Shown here piece by piece: positions 28,149 to 36,810 of a stretch of DNA of 53,671 bases. Where the stretch lies: NCBI GenBank assembly GCA_012523135.1, contig JAAYJD010000214.1, positions 1 to 53,671 of the forward strand. The letters are read 5' to 3'. Position numbers and translations under genes: made by a program. The number at the start of each line of letters is the position of its first letter. The first letter of the stretch is position 1. Source of the stretch: Clostridiaceae bacterium (lineage in GTDB: Bacteria; Bacillota; Clostridia; Saccharofermentanales; UBA5734). The notes beneath the pieces are model-generated. The model did no database searches. It was not told the DNA's origin and worked only from the letters and a program-made list of their open reading frames with translations.

Positions 28149-29091
28149 TCATCCCGGCAATTTTAGCACCGCCAGCAGCAGCGCGATCATCAGGGGCAGG
28201 CTGATCAGGCTGTAGAGGTGGGAGACGAAGCAGATCTGGGCGCCTTCCGTGCTGTCCTTGCCGTGGGCCTGGGGAAAGATGACACCGTTGAGGCCAAACG
28301 GCATGGCCAGCAGGAGCACCGCCAGCAGGGTCGTTTCCGGATCGGCACCGACCAGGCGAAGCACAGCCAGCGCCGCCAGGGGGATGACGGCCAGCCGGAT
28401 CCAGGCCGCGATATGGCTCCTCAGGCCGGACAGCAGCTTGCAGGGCGTAAACGCGCCCAGGACGAACCCGGTCAGCAGCATGGCGACCGGCGCCATGCAC
28501 TGCGCGGCCAGGTTGAGGGTGTCCGTCACAACGGCCGGCAGCGGAACCCGCAGCAGGCCGACGACGATCCCGGCAAAGAGCGCGACCATCGACGGATTGA
28601 GGATGGACTTGAAGGTGAAGGTGCGAGCCGGGTTGAGGATGTAGATGCCGACCGTATAGATAAACAGCTGGTACGGGATGGCGTAGACCATGTAGCGGAA
28701 CAGCGTGGTTTCACCGAACAGCGCCAGCACCAGCGGATAGCCCAGGTAACCCAGGTTGGGCACCGTGAAGGAGTAGACATAGACATCGCGGCTGACCGGA
28801 TCGTGCGCAAAGCGGCCGGCCAGCAGGCGGGCCAGCCCATAGGTGACGGCTACGACCAGGAAACCGGTCAGGATCATGGGCCCCTGGTCGCGGAACACCT
28901 GGACGCGAAAATTCTTGGCCATGGTATTGAAGCACAACGCGGGCAGAAACAGCAAAACCTCAAGCCGGGACAGCACCAGGCCGGTCTGGTCCGGCAGACG
29001 GGCGCTGCGCCGCAGCAAATAGCCGGCGGCGAACAGGGAGAAAAATGTGACCAGTTGCAGGGCGGTGACACTCAGCGGCTCGATTTGGCAT
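28149..29091 (-). CDS. AEC (auxin efflux carrier)-family transporter; apparent +1 base immediately after the start codon
   Basis: FLPALCF, PNLGYLGYPL, LNPSMVALFAG, MPFG motifs. The reading frame continues upstream as QIEPLSVTALQLVTFF, but the RBS-linked ATG (29091) is one base out of frame. Confidence 0.8.
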
Positions 29092-29105
29092 GCCCCCTTC
29101 TGTCT

Positions 29106-30413
29106 TCAGCGGAACGACTGGCTGGCCAGGCGGGCAAAGCGGTGGCAGAGGTCGTCGATCGCCAGCTCCGGATAGCCGTTCAGATAGGTTAAAACCTTGT
29201 TGTTAAAGGGACGATACCAGCTTTCGGGGATCTTGTCCAGGCCGTAGGCCGCGCCGAACAGGCTGCCGACCGTCGCGGCCGTACAGTCGTTGTCATAGCC
29301 CATGGCCACCGTTTCCCCGATGCAGCGCGTGAAGTCATCGCCCCCGATGATCAGGCCGAAGATGGTCAGGCAGGCGTTCAGGTTGGTGTGGACCCCGCTC
29401 ATGTCACCGAAGCGTTCCCGGACGGCCTCCCGGGCGCCGGCATAGCCGTTCAGCGACGGGCCGGTGGCCAGGGCCCAGCGGATGTCGCGGGCCAACAGGC
29501 AGTCCTGCGGGATCTCCCCCAGACCGATGCGCAGCGCCTCGAGCGGCGAAGCGCAGGCGAACGCGGCGGCAATCGCGGCGCTGAAGAACATGGCGCCATA
29601 CACGCCGTTGCGCCGGTGGCTGAGCCGTGCGTCCTGCCAGGCCATGGCCGCCGCCTTTTCCGGCAGGCCCGGCGCCAGGTAGCCCCAGGGGTCGGAGCGG
29701 ATGTCCGCCCCGATCCACTGGACAAACGGATTATCCTTTTCGGCCGCCCGCTCGGCCGGTATACCGGCCCTCAGGTTCTGCAGCGCGACATCCTCGGCGG
29801 TGCAGGCGTAGGGCAGCCACCGCAGCCAGCAAGCGCCGACGTCCGCGGTCGTGAAATCCAGGCCGCAGCTTTCGGCGATCAGCAACCCGAGAATCGTGTA
29901 GGTCACGTCGTCGTCGACCGGAACCGAGTCTAAACCGGTCCGAGTGTAGGCCTGGCAGGGGCTGACCTGGTAGCGCTTGACATACGGCTTGGGAACGGCC
30001 GACCAGTAGTCCCGCGGCGGGAAAGCGTCGCCGATCCAGCCGGCCCAGTCCCGCATCTCCTCGACCGGCCAGAATTCGACCGGCGCGCCCAGCGTGCAAC
30101 CGGCCATACGGCCCAGGAACGCGCCGGCCAGGCGCTCGTCGTAGCGGCTGCGGTCGAAATGCTGCCATAAGGCGCGTTCCGCCTGCGGGCGCAGGCGTCG
30201 AATGCCCTCCAGGTCATCTGGCTCCAAACGCTTGAGTTCCGGATCCTCCTGGAGCGCTTCGACCTGGCGAAGTGTTTGCCAGACCTGCTCGCGGCAGGCT
30301 TTAAGCGCAGCGGCCAGCGCGGCAGGCGAGCTGCCGTACTCGACTTTGAGCCGGACAAATTCGCGTAAACCGGCAACGCCGCGTTCCAGGTCGGGAAATT
30401 CGGGATATTTCAT
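29106..30413 (-). CDS. ADP-ribosylglycohydrolase family protein (435 aa)
   Basis: GRMAGCTLGAPVE, VDDDVTYT, GADIRSD, DNDCTAATVGSLFGA metal-binding motifs. GGAGGT RBS before MKYPEF. Confidence 0.88.
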   Translation of the reverse strand: MKYPEFPDLERGVAGLREFVRLKVEYGSSPAALAAALKACREQVWQTLRQVEALQEDPELKRLEPDDLEGIRRLRPQAERALWQHFDRSRYDERLAGAFLGRMAGCTLGAPVEFWPVEEMRDWAGWIGDAFPPRDYWSAVPKPYVKRYQVSPCQAYTRTGLDSVPVDDDVTYTILGLLIAESCGLDFTTADVGACWLRWLPYACTAEDVALQNLRAGIPAERAAEKDNPFVQWIGADIRSDPWGYLAPGLPEKAAAMAWQDARLSHRRNGVYGAMFFSAAIAAAFACASPLEALRIGLGEIPQDCLLARDIRWALATGPSLNGYAGAREAVRERFGDMSGVHTNLNACLTIFGLIIGGDDFTRCIGETVAMGYDNDCTAATVGSLFGAAYGLDKIPESWYRPFNNKVLTYLNGYPELAIDDLCHRFARLASQSFR

Positions 30414-30459
30414 AGACACCTCCAACAAACGTCCGGTCATGTCCCGGCAGAACGGTCTC

Positions 30460-31218
30460 TCAAAAAAACTCGAAGTGGTCCCTGACAGCCTTGATGTGCG
30501 ACAGCACCGGCTGCGCGGACGTCGAGAGCGCGTCGTGTTCGTAGACACACAGGTACATGGAACAGCCCAGCAGCGGTCCGATTCGCCGGTGCAGCTTGCA
30601 GCGTCCCGACGACAGGAACAGGAACGGAACGGCCAGGTGTTCATGGAGCAGGTGGGTGATCCGAAGGTTTTCCACCTCTTCCTCGACCGTTTGCGCCCCC
30701 GTGACGATTTTGACGTAATCTGCCCCCCGGCTTTGCTGCGCCAGGGCCATCGCCAGCACCCGCTCCGCCGGCAAGAAACGGCAGGCATGGGAGGACATGA
30801 GCACTTTGGCGCCGCAGGCATGGACCTTCCCGATCAGATCCTTTTGCCTTTGAATCGCCCCGGGGTCCATGGACAGCTCATCGGGAGAAGGATCGAAATA
30901 GTCTGCCATCACATCGACCAGGCTGGCGCCGCTGCGCGCCAGATCAATCAGCCCCGACGCCAGTTCTTCGTCCGTTTTTCCCGTGTTTTCCCCGTTCCTG
31001 TAATAAGTCGCGTAGATGGAAAAGCCCTGCATCGCCTGGAAAATCCGTTTGTAGGCCTCGGGGGTCTGGTGTTCCCGCTTGAGCTTGTCCGCCTGAATCG
31101 CAAAGGCTTCCGCGCCCGCGGGAATCGCCTTCCGGACCGTTGCAATAGCGCGATCCGGATCCGGAGATTGGATCATGACGGTCAGCAGGGGGTTCCCGGC
31201 ACAAAAAAAGTCCGCCAT
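30460..31218 (-). CDS. Type I 3-dehydroquinate dehydratase-like TIM-barrel protein
   Basis: IYATYYR, VDVM, LMSSH (catalytic His), ADYVKIV (Schiff-base Lys), HRRIGPLLG. TGATG coupling with the SDR gene. Confidence 0.7.
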   Translation of the reverse strand: MADFFCAGNPLLTVMIQSPDPDRAIATVRKAIPAGAEAFAIQADKLKREHQTPEAYKRIFQAMQGFSIYATYYRNGENTGKTDEELASGLIDLARSGASLVDVMADYFDPSPDELSMDPGAIQRQKDLIGKVHACGAKVLMSSHACRFLPAERVLAMALAQQSRGADYVKIVTGAQTVEEEVENLRITHLLHEHLAVPFLFLSSGRCKLHRRIGPLLGCSMYLCVYEHDALSTSAQPVLSHIKAVRDHFEFF

Positions 31219-31976
31219 CAACGGGCCCTCCCCAAGGCGTTGCGACCGCCATCGATCAGGATGTTCGCGCCGTTGATGAACGTGCCCTTGTCGGACGCGA
31301 TAAAGAGGATCAAATCGACAATTTCCTGCGGTTCTCCAGCCCGGCCGATGGCCGTTTTCATGGAAGCCATGGCGGCGCGGGTCAGGACGGGGCCGGGGGA
31401 TACGCAGACACAACGGACCCCGTACTTCCCGCCGTAATGGGCCATGGACTTGGTCAAGCCGTACATAACACCGCTTTTTGCCGTAGCATAGTCGGCACCG
31501 CGCGGATCGCCTTCTTCACCGGTGATCGAGCCGATGTTGACCAGCAGGCCGCTTTGCTGTTCCCGCATGAACTTCATCGCGGCATGGCAAAAATAAAACG
31601 GCCCCTTCAAGTTCACATCGAGGCCCCAATCAAACACGTCGATCGGGATATCCGGAAATTCCAGCTCGCCGGGAACGTTCTGGATGCGCACGGACGAACC
31701 GCCGGCAAAGTTGACGACGACGTCGATGCTCCCGAATACATCCGTAGCCTGCCGGCAGACAGCCTGGACCTGGTCGTAAGCGCGGACATCGCAGACAAGG
31801 CCCAGGGCCTTGCCCGTATGTCCGGCATTGATGCCGGCGACACAAGCCTCCAGGGCCTGGCCGTTGACATCGGCCATGACGACGTTGCCGCCAAGATCCG
31901 CGAAGTTCTGGCTGAACAGCAGTCCCATCCCCGACGCTGCGCCGGATACAATCGCTGTTTTTCCTGCGAAGTCCAT
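31218..31976 (-). CDS. SDR family oxidoreductase
   Basis: SGAASGMG, DVVVNFAG, NIGS, YATAK, VSPG, IDGG. Confidence 0.93.
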   Translation of the reverse strand: MDFAGKTAIVSGAASGMGLLFSQNFADLGGNVVMADVNGQALEACVAGINAGHTGKALGLVCDVRAYDQVQAVCRQATDVFGSIDVVVNFAGGSSVRIQNVPGELEFPDIPIDVFDWGLDVNLKGPFYFCHAAMKFMREQQSGLLVNIGSITGEEGDPRGADYATAKSGVMYGLTKSMAHYGGKYGVRCVCVSPGPVLTRAAMASMKTAIGRAGEPQEIVDLILFIASDKGTFINGANILIDGGRNALGRAR

Positions 31977-32017
31977 AACACGCACCTCCTAGCCTGAGAT
32001 CATGCGCGAGGTTTCGC

Positions 32018-32935
32018 TCACGCGGTGATCCTCCTGACCAGTATATCCTGAAAGGCCGCAAAATCCAGCCACGATGTGGCGCACCGGATTGGCTTCGCGC
32101 CCGGGTCGATGACCGTATCGCCGTGTTCCGAGACCGTAACACCCAGCGTCTCGATCTGGACGAGTTCTTCCGAAAAAGCGAGGTAGACAGCTTCCGTGTC
32201 ACAGAGCAGGGTGCTGCGCTCGAAAAGCATGCCTGGCTGCACGTCCTTCATGCCCTTCCTGGCCTGCAGCCAGACCCGGTAGTTCTCGATCAGCGCCCGC
32301 GCGAGCGGCCTGTCGCTGTGCAAGACCTCCTGGTATTTTTCGCCGGTTAAGACGATCGTGCCGCAGGTGTCGAGCGGGGCGATCGTCATCTCCCAGTCAG
32401 CCGCGAAAACTTGCCTGCCGGCGTCCGGCTGCGCGGCCACGTTGTATTCCCGGCTTGGCCGGTCGGCTCCGAAGTAGCCTTTGCGGATACTGCCATGCAT
32501 CCCGATAACCCTGGCTTTGGACGCTATCTCCGGCTGCATGCGCAGCGCGGCGGCAAGATTGCCGAGCGGACCGATGGCGATGACGGTCACGACTTCAGGC
32601 GATCCCATGACGCATTGGGCCAGCTTGGTCACGCCGTCGCGATAGACATCACCTGCATAACGGTTCATGTCAAATGAATCGAGCCAGGCCGCCTGGAAAC
32701 CTGCCGTGTCTGATGTTGCCTCGCCCAGACCGATCGGGATATCCGTGCGGCCGGCAATTTCCAGCATCCGGGCGACGATTTGGGCCTTGTAATACGTGTT
32801 GTGGCCTGTTGTCAGGATCAGCCGGATATCGAGTTCAGGCGAATTGAGCAGCATGACCAGGGCCCAGGTATCATCGATATCGCCCCCGATATCGGTATCC
32901 AAAATGACGGGGATTCTTTTTGCCGGCGCCAACAC
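32018..32935 (-). CDS. Nucleoside hydrolase (IU-NH family)
   Basis: ILDTDIGGDIDD Ca2+-binding motif, IGPLGNLA, EYNV. The C-terminal HD motif reads CD. Confidence 0.88.
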   Translation of the reverse strand: MLAPAKRIPVILDTDIGGDIDDTWALVMLLNSPELDIRLILTTGHNTYYKAQIVARMLEIAGRTDIPIGLGEATSDTAGFQAAWLDSFDMNRYAGDVYRDGVTKLAQCVMGSPEVVTVIAIGPLGNLAAALRMQPEIASKARVIGMHGSIRKGYFGADRPSREYNVAAQPDAGRQVFAADWEMTIAPLDTCGTIVLTGEKYQEVLHSDRPLARALIENYRVWLQARKGMKDVQPGMLFERSTLLCDTEAVYLAFSEELVQIETLGVTVSEHGDTVIDPGAKPIRCATSWLDFAAFQDILVRRITA

Positions 32936-32952
32936 GCGCGCTTCCTTTCGTG

Positions 32953-34047
32953 CTAGCGCCAGGAGGCGGGATCGATGTCGATGAGACGCCCCGCCTGCAG
33001 GCTGTCATGAATGGCCTCGCAGGTCCGGGTGGCGATCATCGCTTCGCTACCGTCCGGATAGCTGCCGGCCAGATCCGCAAGGACTGCGCCGCGCTTAAGG
33101 TGGCCGGCCAGCTGGACGAAGTGGCGGATGGAGTCGCAGGTGTAGCCGCTCAGGGGCAGGTCGAAGCGGCTGTCCGGGATCAGGGGTTCGGACTTGGCGA
33201 ACGGATTGCTCACCTGGCAGCCGGGCTGGTCGGCGAAGCAGGACAGAAAACCCCGGTCCTGGGAATCGATTTCGCCGATGCCCTCGGTGCCGATCAGGCG
33301 GATCTGCTGGTTGACGATGCTGGGAAAGCCGTCCGGCAGGATCCAGGACGCGTGAAAGGTGATCACCGCGCCGTTGTCGTACACGACCGCCGCCGAAACA
33401 TGGTCGTAGCTGTCGATGCCCATGGACAGGAGCTTGCGCTTGTTGCCGTGGGCAAAGACCCGGACGGGGCGGGCCTCGAGCAGCCAGCTGACCAGGTCGT
33501 AGAAATGGGTGCCCAAAAACCAGGCGGGCGAACTGCGGTCCGCCCAGCTCTTGAACCAGACGGCCGGCACTTCGATCCGGTCTTCCATATAGACATCGCC
33601 ATAGAGGATCTGTCCGAGGCGGCCCTGCCGGATGCTGCGCTTCAGTTCCCGGTGTGCCGGGTCATAGCGCTTGTGGAAATCGACCGCCAGCAGGACGCCG
33701 GCGTCCTGCGCCGCCGCGATCATCTCATAGCCTTCTTCGGTCCGCGTCGCGATCGGCTTCTGGCAGAGGATATGGAGGCGGTGGGCCGCCGCGTCCAGGA
33801 CAGCCTGGCGGTGCAGGTGGTCGGGCGTCACCACCACGACGGCGTCCAGGCTTTCCCGCTCCAGCATCTCATGGTAGTTCGCATAGCCCCGGATTTGAAA
33901 GCGCTGCACGGCGCGCTCCAGCGTCTGCGGGGCGATGTCGGCGACAGCCACCAGGTCGGCTTCGCCTGATCGGACGGCGGCGGACAGGACATTGAGGACG
34001 TGGGTGCCATAGACACCGGCCCCGATAACGGCGATTCGAACGGGCAT
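32953..34047 (-). CDS. Gfo/Idh/MocA family NAD(P)-dependent oxidoreductase
   Basis: IAVIGAG, VVTPDHLH, HILCQKP, DFHKRYDP, GTHFYD. Confidence 0.92.
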   Translation of the reverse strand: MPVRIAVIGAGVYGTHVLNVLSAAVRSGEADLVAVADIAPQTLERAVQRFQIRGYANYHEMLERESLDAVVVVTPDHLHRQAVLDAAAHRLHILCQKPIATRTEEGYEMIAAAQDAGVLLAVDFHKRYDPAHRELKRSIRQGRLGQILYGDVYMEDRIEVPAVWFKSWADRSSPAWFLGTHFYDLVSWLLEARPVRVFAHGNKRKLLSMGIDSYDHVSAAVVYDNGAVITFHASWILPDGFPSIVNQQIRLIGTEGIGEIDSQDRGFLSCFADQPGCQVSNPFAKSEPLIPDSRFDLPLSGYTCDSIRHFVQLAGHLKRGAVLADLAGSYPDGSEAMIATRTCEAIHDSLQAGRLIDIDPASWR

Positions 34048-34075
34048 GGGGATCTCCTTTCAGCGCTGCGGCCGG

Positions 34076-34156
34076 TTGTCCGGCGCGTCTGTCTGGGGTA
34101 TAATGGCTGACTATGAGTCCATGTAACGTTACAGTTGCCTTTGTGCCATTATACCA
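34076..34156. promoter_or_regulatory. Face-to-face promoters with a central perfect palindrome (LacI-type operator candidate)
   Basis: Plus strand: TTGTCC (34076-34081), 17-bp spacer, TATAAT (34099-34104). Minus strand: TGG-TATAAT (34156-34148). Palindrome TGTAACGTTACA at 34122-34133. Confidence 0.7.
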
Positions 34157-34186
34157 CGCCAGGATCGGGCCGGAGCGGAGTGCGCC

Positions 34187-35599
34187 ATGACTGAGCTTTC
34201 AACCCAGTCAGAACCGCGCCAGATGCGCCGCAACATCCTGCGCCTGAGCTGGCCGGCGATCCTGCGCCAGTTTTTGCAGAGCATCGTCGGGGTCGTCGAT
34301 GTCATGATGATCGGGCGCTTGGGCGCCGCGGCCATCGCGGCGGTCGACATGGCCAACCGGCTCGTGTTTGTCCTGATCGGAACGTTGATGGCCATGACCA
34401 TCGCGACCACCGCCCTGGTCGCCCACAACATCGGGGCGGGCAACCGCAAGATGGCCAACCACATCATGTGGCAGTCGCTGCTGGGCGGCCTGCTGCTGGC
34501 CGTCATCCTGGCCGTCGGCGGCATGCTGGGCGCCCGCAGGATGCTCGAGCTGATGATGATCCTGATGGACGAGGTGGATCCCTTCGTCCTGGCGGAGGGC
34601 ACGCAGTACCTGCGCATCGTGCTGGCCTCGATGGTGGTCGCCCTGCCCATGATGGTGATCAACGCCGTGCTGCAGGGGCTGGGCGACATGAAGACGCCGC
34701 TCTACATCATGATCATTTCCAACATCGTCAACGTGCTGCTCAATTACCTCTTGATCTTCGGTATCTGGATCTTCCCTGAAATGGGCGTGCGCGGCGCCGC
34801 CTGGGGAACCGCCCTGGCCCGTCTGGCCGGCGCAGTCATCGGGCTGTTTGTGCTCTTGCGCGGCACGGCCGATATCCAGCTGCACCTGGTCCATGTTTCC
34901 TGGAAACTGGATTTTTCGGTTTTGCGCGGTGTTTTGAAAATTGGGATCCCGGCGGCGTTCGAGCAGCTGATCCGCCAGAGCAGCATGATTCTCTACACGG
35001 CACTGGTCGCCAGCCTGGGCACGGTGACCCTGGCGGCCAACGCCATCACGATGAACATCAACTCGCTGTCCTTCATGCCGGGCTTCGGCTTCGGTATGGC
35101 CGCGACAACCCTGGTCGGACAGTCGCTGGGTGCGGGACGCAAAGACCTGGCCCGCGCCTATGCCCGGCAGACCACCCTGATCACCTTTGTTTTGCTGGCG
35201 GCCGCCTCGGTCGTGATGTATTTCTTTATCACGCCGATTGCCAGGCTGTACAACGACAACCCCCTGGTTGTTTCGCTGGCCGCTTCGGCGCTCCGGATCT
35301 TCGTCATCTTTCAGCCGCTGTTCGGCATCTTCATGGTCCTGGCCGGGGCCTTGCGCGGCGCCGGTGACACCAAATGGGTCATGTACATCACGGCGATCGG
35401 CAACTGGGGCGTCCGATTGCTGTTCAGCCTGCTGTTCGTCTTCTATTTCGATCTGGGCCTGAATGGTTTCTGGCTGGCCATGGGCGTGGACATCGTGATC
35501 CGCACCGCCCTGATCAGCTGGCGCTTTGCCTCCGGCAAGTGGCAGCACCACAAGGTGCTCGGCGCGAGCCGGGTGAAAACTCAGAACAAGTCCGCGTAG
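34187..35599 (+). CDS. MATE family efflux transporter
   Basis: DVMMIGRLG, QGLGDMKTP, LLIFG...MGVRGAAWGT, GQSLGAG, LRGAGDT. Confidence 0.94.
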   Translation: MTELSTQSEPRQMRRNILRLSWPAILRQFLQSIVGVVDVMMIGRLGAAAIAAVDMANRLVFVLIGTLMAMTIATTALVAHNIGAGNRKMANHIMWQSLLGGLLLAVILAVGGMLGARRMLELMMILMDEVDPFVLAEGTQYLRIVLASMVVALPMMVINAVLQGLGDMKTPLYIMIISNIVNVLLNYLLIFGIWIFPEMGVRGAAWGTALARLAGAVIGLFVLLRGTADIQLHLVHVSWKLDFSVLRGVLKIGIPAAFEQLIRQSSMILYTALVASLGTVTLAANAITMNINSLSFMPGFGFGMAATTLVGQSLGAGRKDLARAYARQTTLITFVLLAAASVVMYFFITPIARLYNDNPLVVSLAASALRIFVIFQPLFGIFMVLAGALRGAGDTKWVMYITAIGNWGVRLLFSLLFVFYFDLGLNGFWLAMGVDIVIRTALISWRFASGKWQHHKVLGASRVKTQNKSA

Positions 35600-36810
35600 A
35601 TATCGTCCAGTGCGTAGCGGCAGACCGGATCCGCCTGGCGGTCGATCCACTGGCCGTTGGTGAAATCCGGGACCGCCACCGGGTGCCCGCCCAGCGCGAC
35701 CGATTCCTCGGACAGGCAGGTGATGCTCATCCAGGCCGCCGCGTCATAGGCGTCGATCGGGGTGTCACGCCCGTCGCGGATGCTCTCCACGAAGGAGCGC
35801 AGGACCAGGTAGTCCATGCCGCCGTGACCGCCGCGTACGCCCGCCGCCTGGAACCATTTCCAGAGCGGATGCTCGTAGCGCTCCAGGTAGGGCGCGAAAG
35901 GCTCCCAGGTGTCATACTGGGGGCTGACGTTTTCCAGGTAGATCTGGTTGCCGTCTTCCATGTACAGTCCGTGAACGCCCTGCACGTAAAGCTGGCGGGA
36001 ATAGGGCCGCGGCAGGCAGGTGTCCAGCGTCAGGCAGATCGTTTCGCCGTGGGCGCACGTGATCGTGGTGCTGACCACATCGCCGTTGTTCCAGGTCCAG
36101 GCGGCCTCAGGGGATTGTTCGCCTTTGTTGATCACCGCCCGGTTGTGCAGGCCGCGGGCTTTCGATGCGACCGATGTCAAGGTCAGCAGGCGGTTGCCGC
36201 GGTTGATGCCAAGCATGTTGCAGATCGGGCCCAGGGCATGGGTCGGGTAGTTGTCGCCGTTGCGGTGGTGGTAGTGGTGATGGCGGTAATGGTTGACTTC
36301 GATGCGGTTGACCAGGCTTTCGCTGAGGTTGTGGCCATACGCGCCGCGCATGTGGACCAGTTCGCCGAACACGTCCTGCTTGATCATGTTCAAGAGCGCC
36401 AGCTCGGTGCGCCCATAGCAGCAGTTCTCGAGCATCATGCAGGGCACGCCGGTCTCCTCGCGGGTCCGGACCAGCCGCCAGCATTCCTCGAGCGAGGTCG
36501 CGCCGCCGACCTCGAAAGCGGCGTATTTGCCCGCCTTCATGGCGGCGATCGCCAGCTTGACATGGCTGACCCAGGAGGTGGCGATCACCACGCCCTGGAT
36601 GTCTGCTTTGTCCAGCATCTCGTCAAAGTCGGTGTAACGGTCAACCGTCTGCCCGGCCTTCTCCTGGACGATGGCAGCCCCCTGCTCGAGCAAGTCGGCG
36701 CGCAGGTCGCAGATGCCGTTGATCTGCACATTCTCCATCTCGCACAACAAGCCCAGCAAACCGCGGCCGCGGCCGCCCAGTCCGACAAATCCCAGTTTCG
36801 TCTTATCCAT
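35581..36810 (-). CDS. Gfo/Idh/MocA protein of GH109 (NAD+-dependent alpha-N-acetylgalactosaminidase-like) type
   Basis: GFVGLGGRG, MMLENCCY, GDNYPTHALGP, LPRPYSR, GGHGGMDY, DAYDAAAW. Confidence 0.85.
   Translation of the reverse strand: MDKTKLGFVGLGGRGRGLLGLLCEMENVQINGICDLRADLLEQGAAIVQEKAGQTVDRYTDFDEMLDKADIQGVVIATSWVSHVKLAIAAMKAGKYAAFEVGGATSLEECWRLVRTREETGVPCMMLENCCYGRTELALLNMIKQDVFGELVHMRGAYGHNLSESLVNRIEVNHYRHHHYHHRNGDNYPTHALGPICNMLGINRGNRLLTLTSVASKARGLHNRAVINKGEQSPEAAWTWNNGDVVSTTITCAHGETICLTLDTCLPRPYSRQLYVQGVHGLYMEDGNQIYLENVSPQYDTWEPFAPYLERYEHPLWKWFQAAGVRGGHGGMDYLVLRSFVESIRDGRDTPIDAYDAAAWMSITCLSEESVALGGHPVAVPDFTNGQWIDRQADPVCRYALDDIYADLF

Noticed and set aside
29106-30821. 571-aa ARH with long N-terminal extension (likewise the extended versions at 26859-27596, 30460-31413, 16728-17543, 5043-5693)
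   Set aside because: The extensions overlap upstream genes or promoter boxes. Internal ATGs with good RBS give normal-sized proteins.
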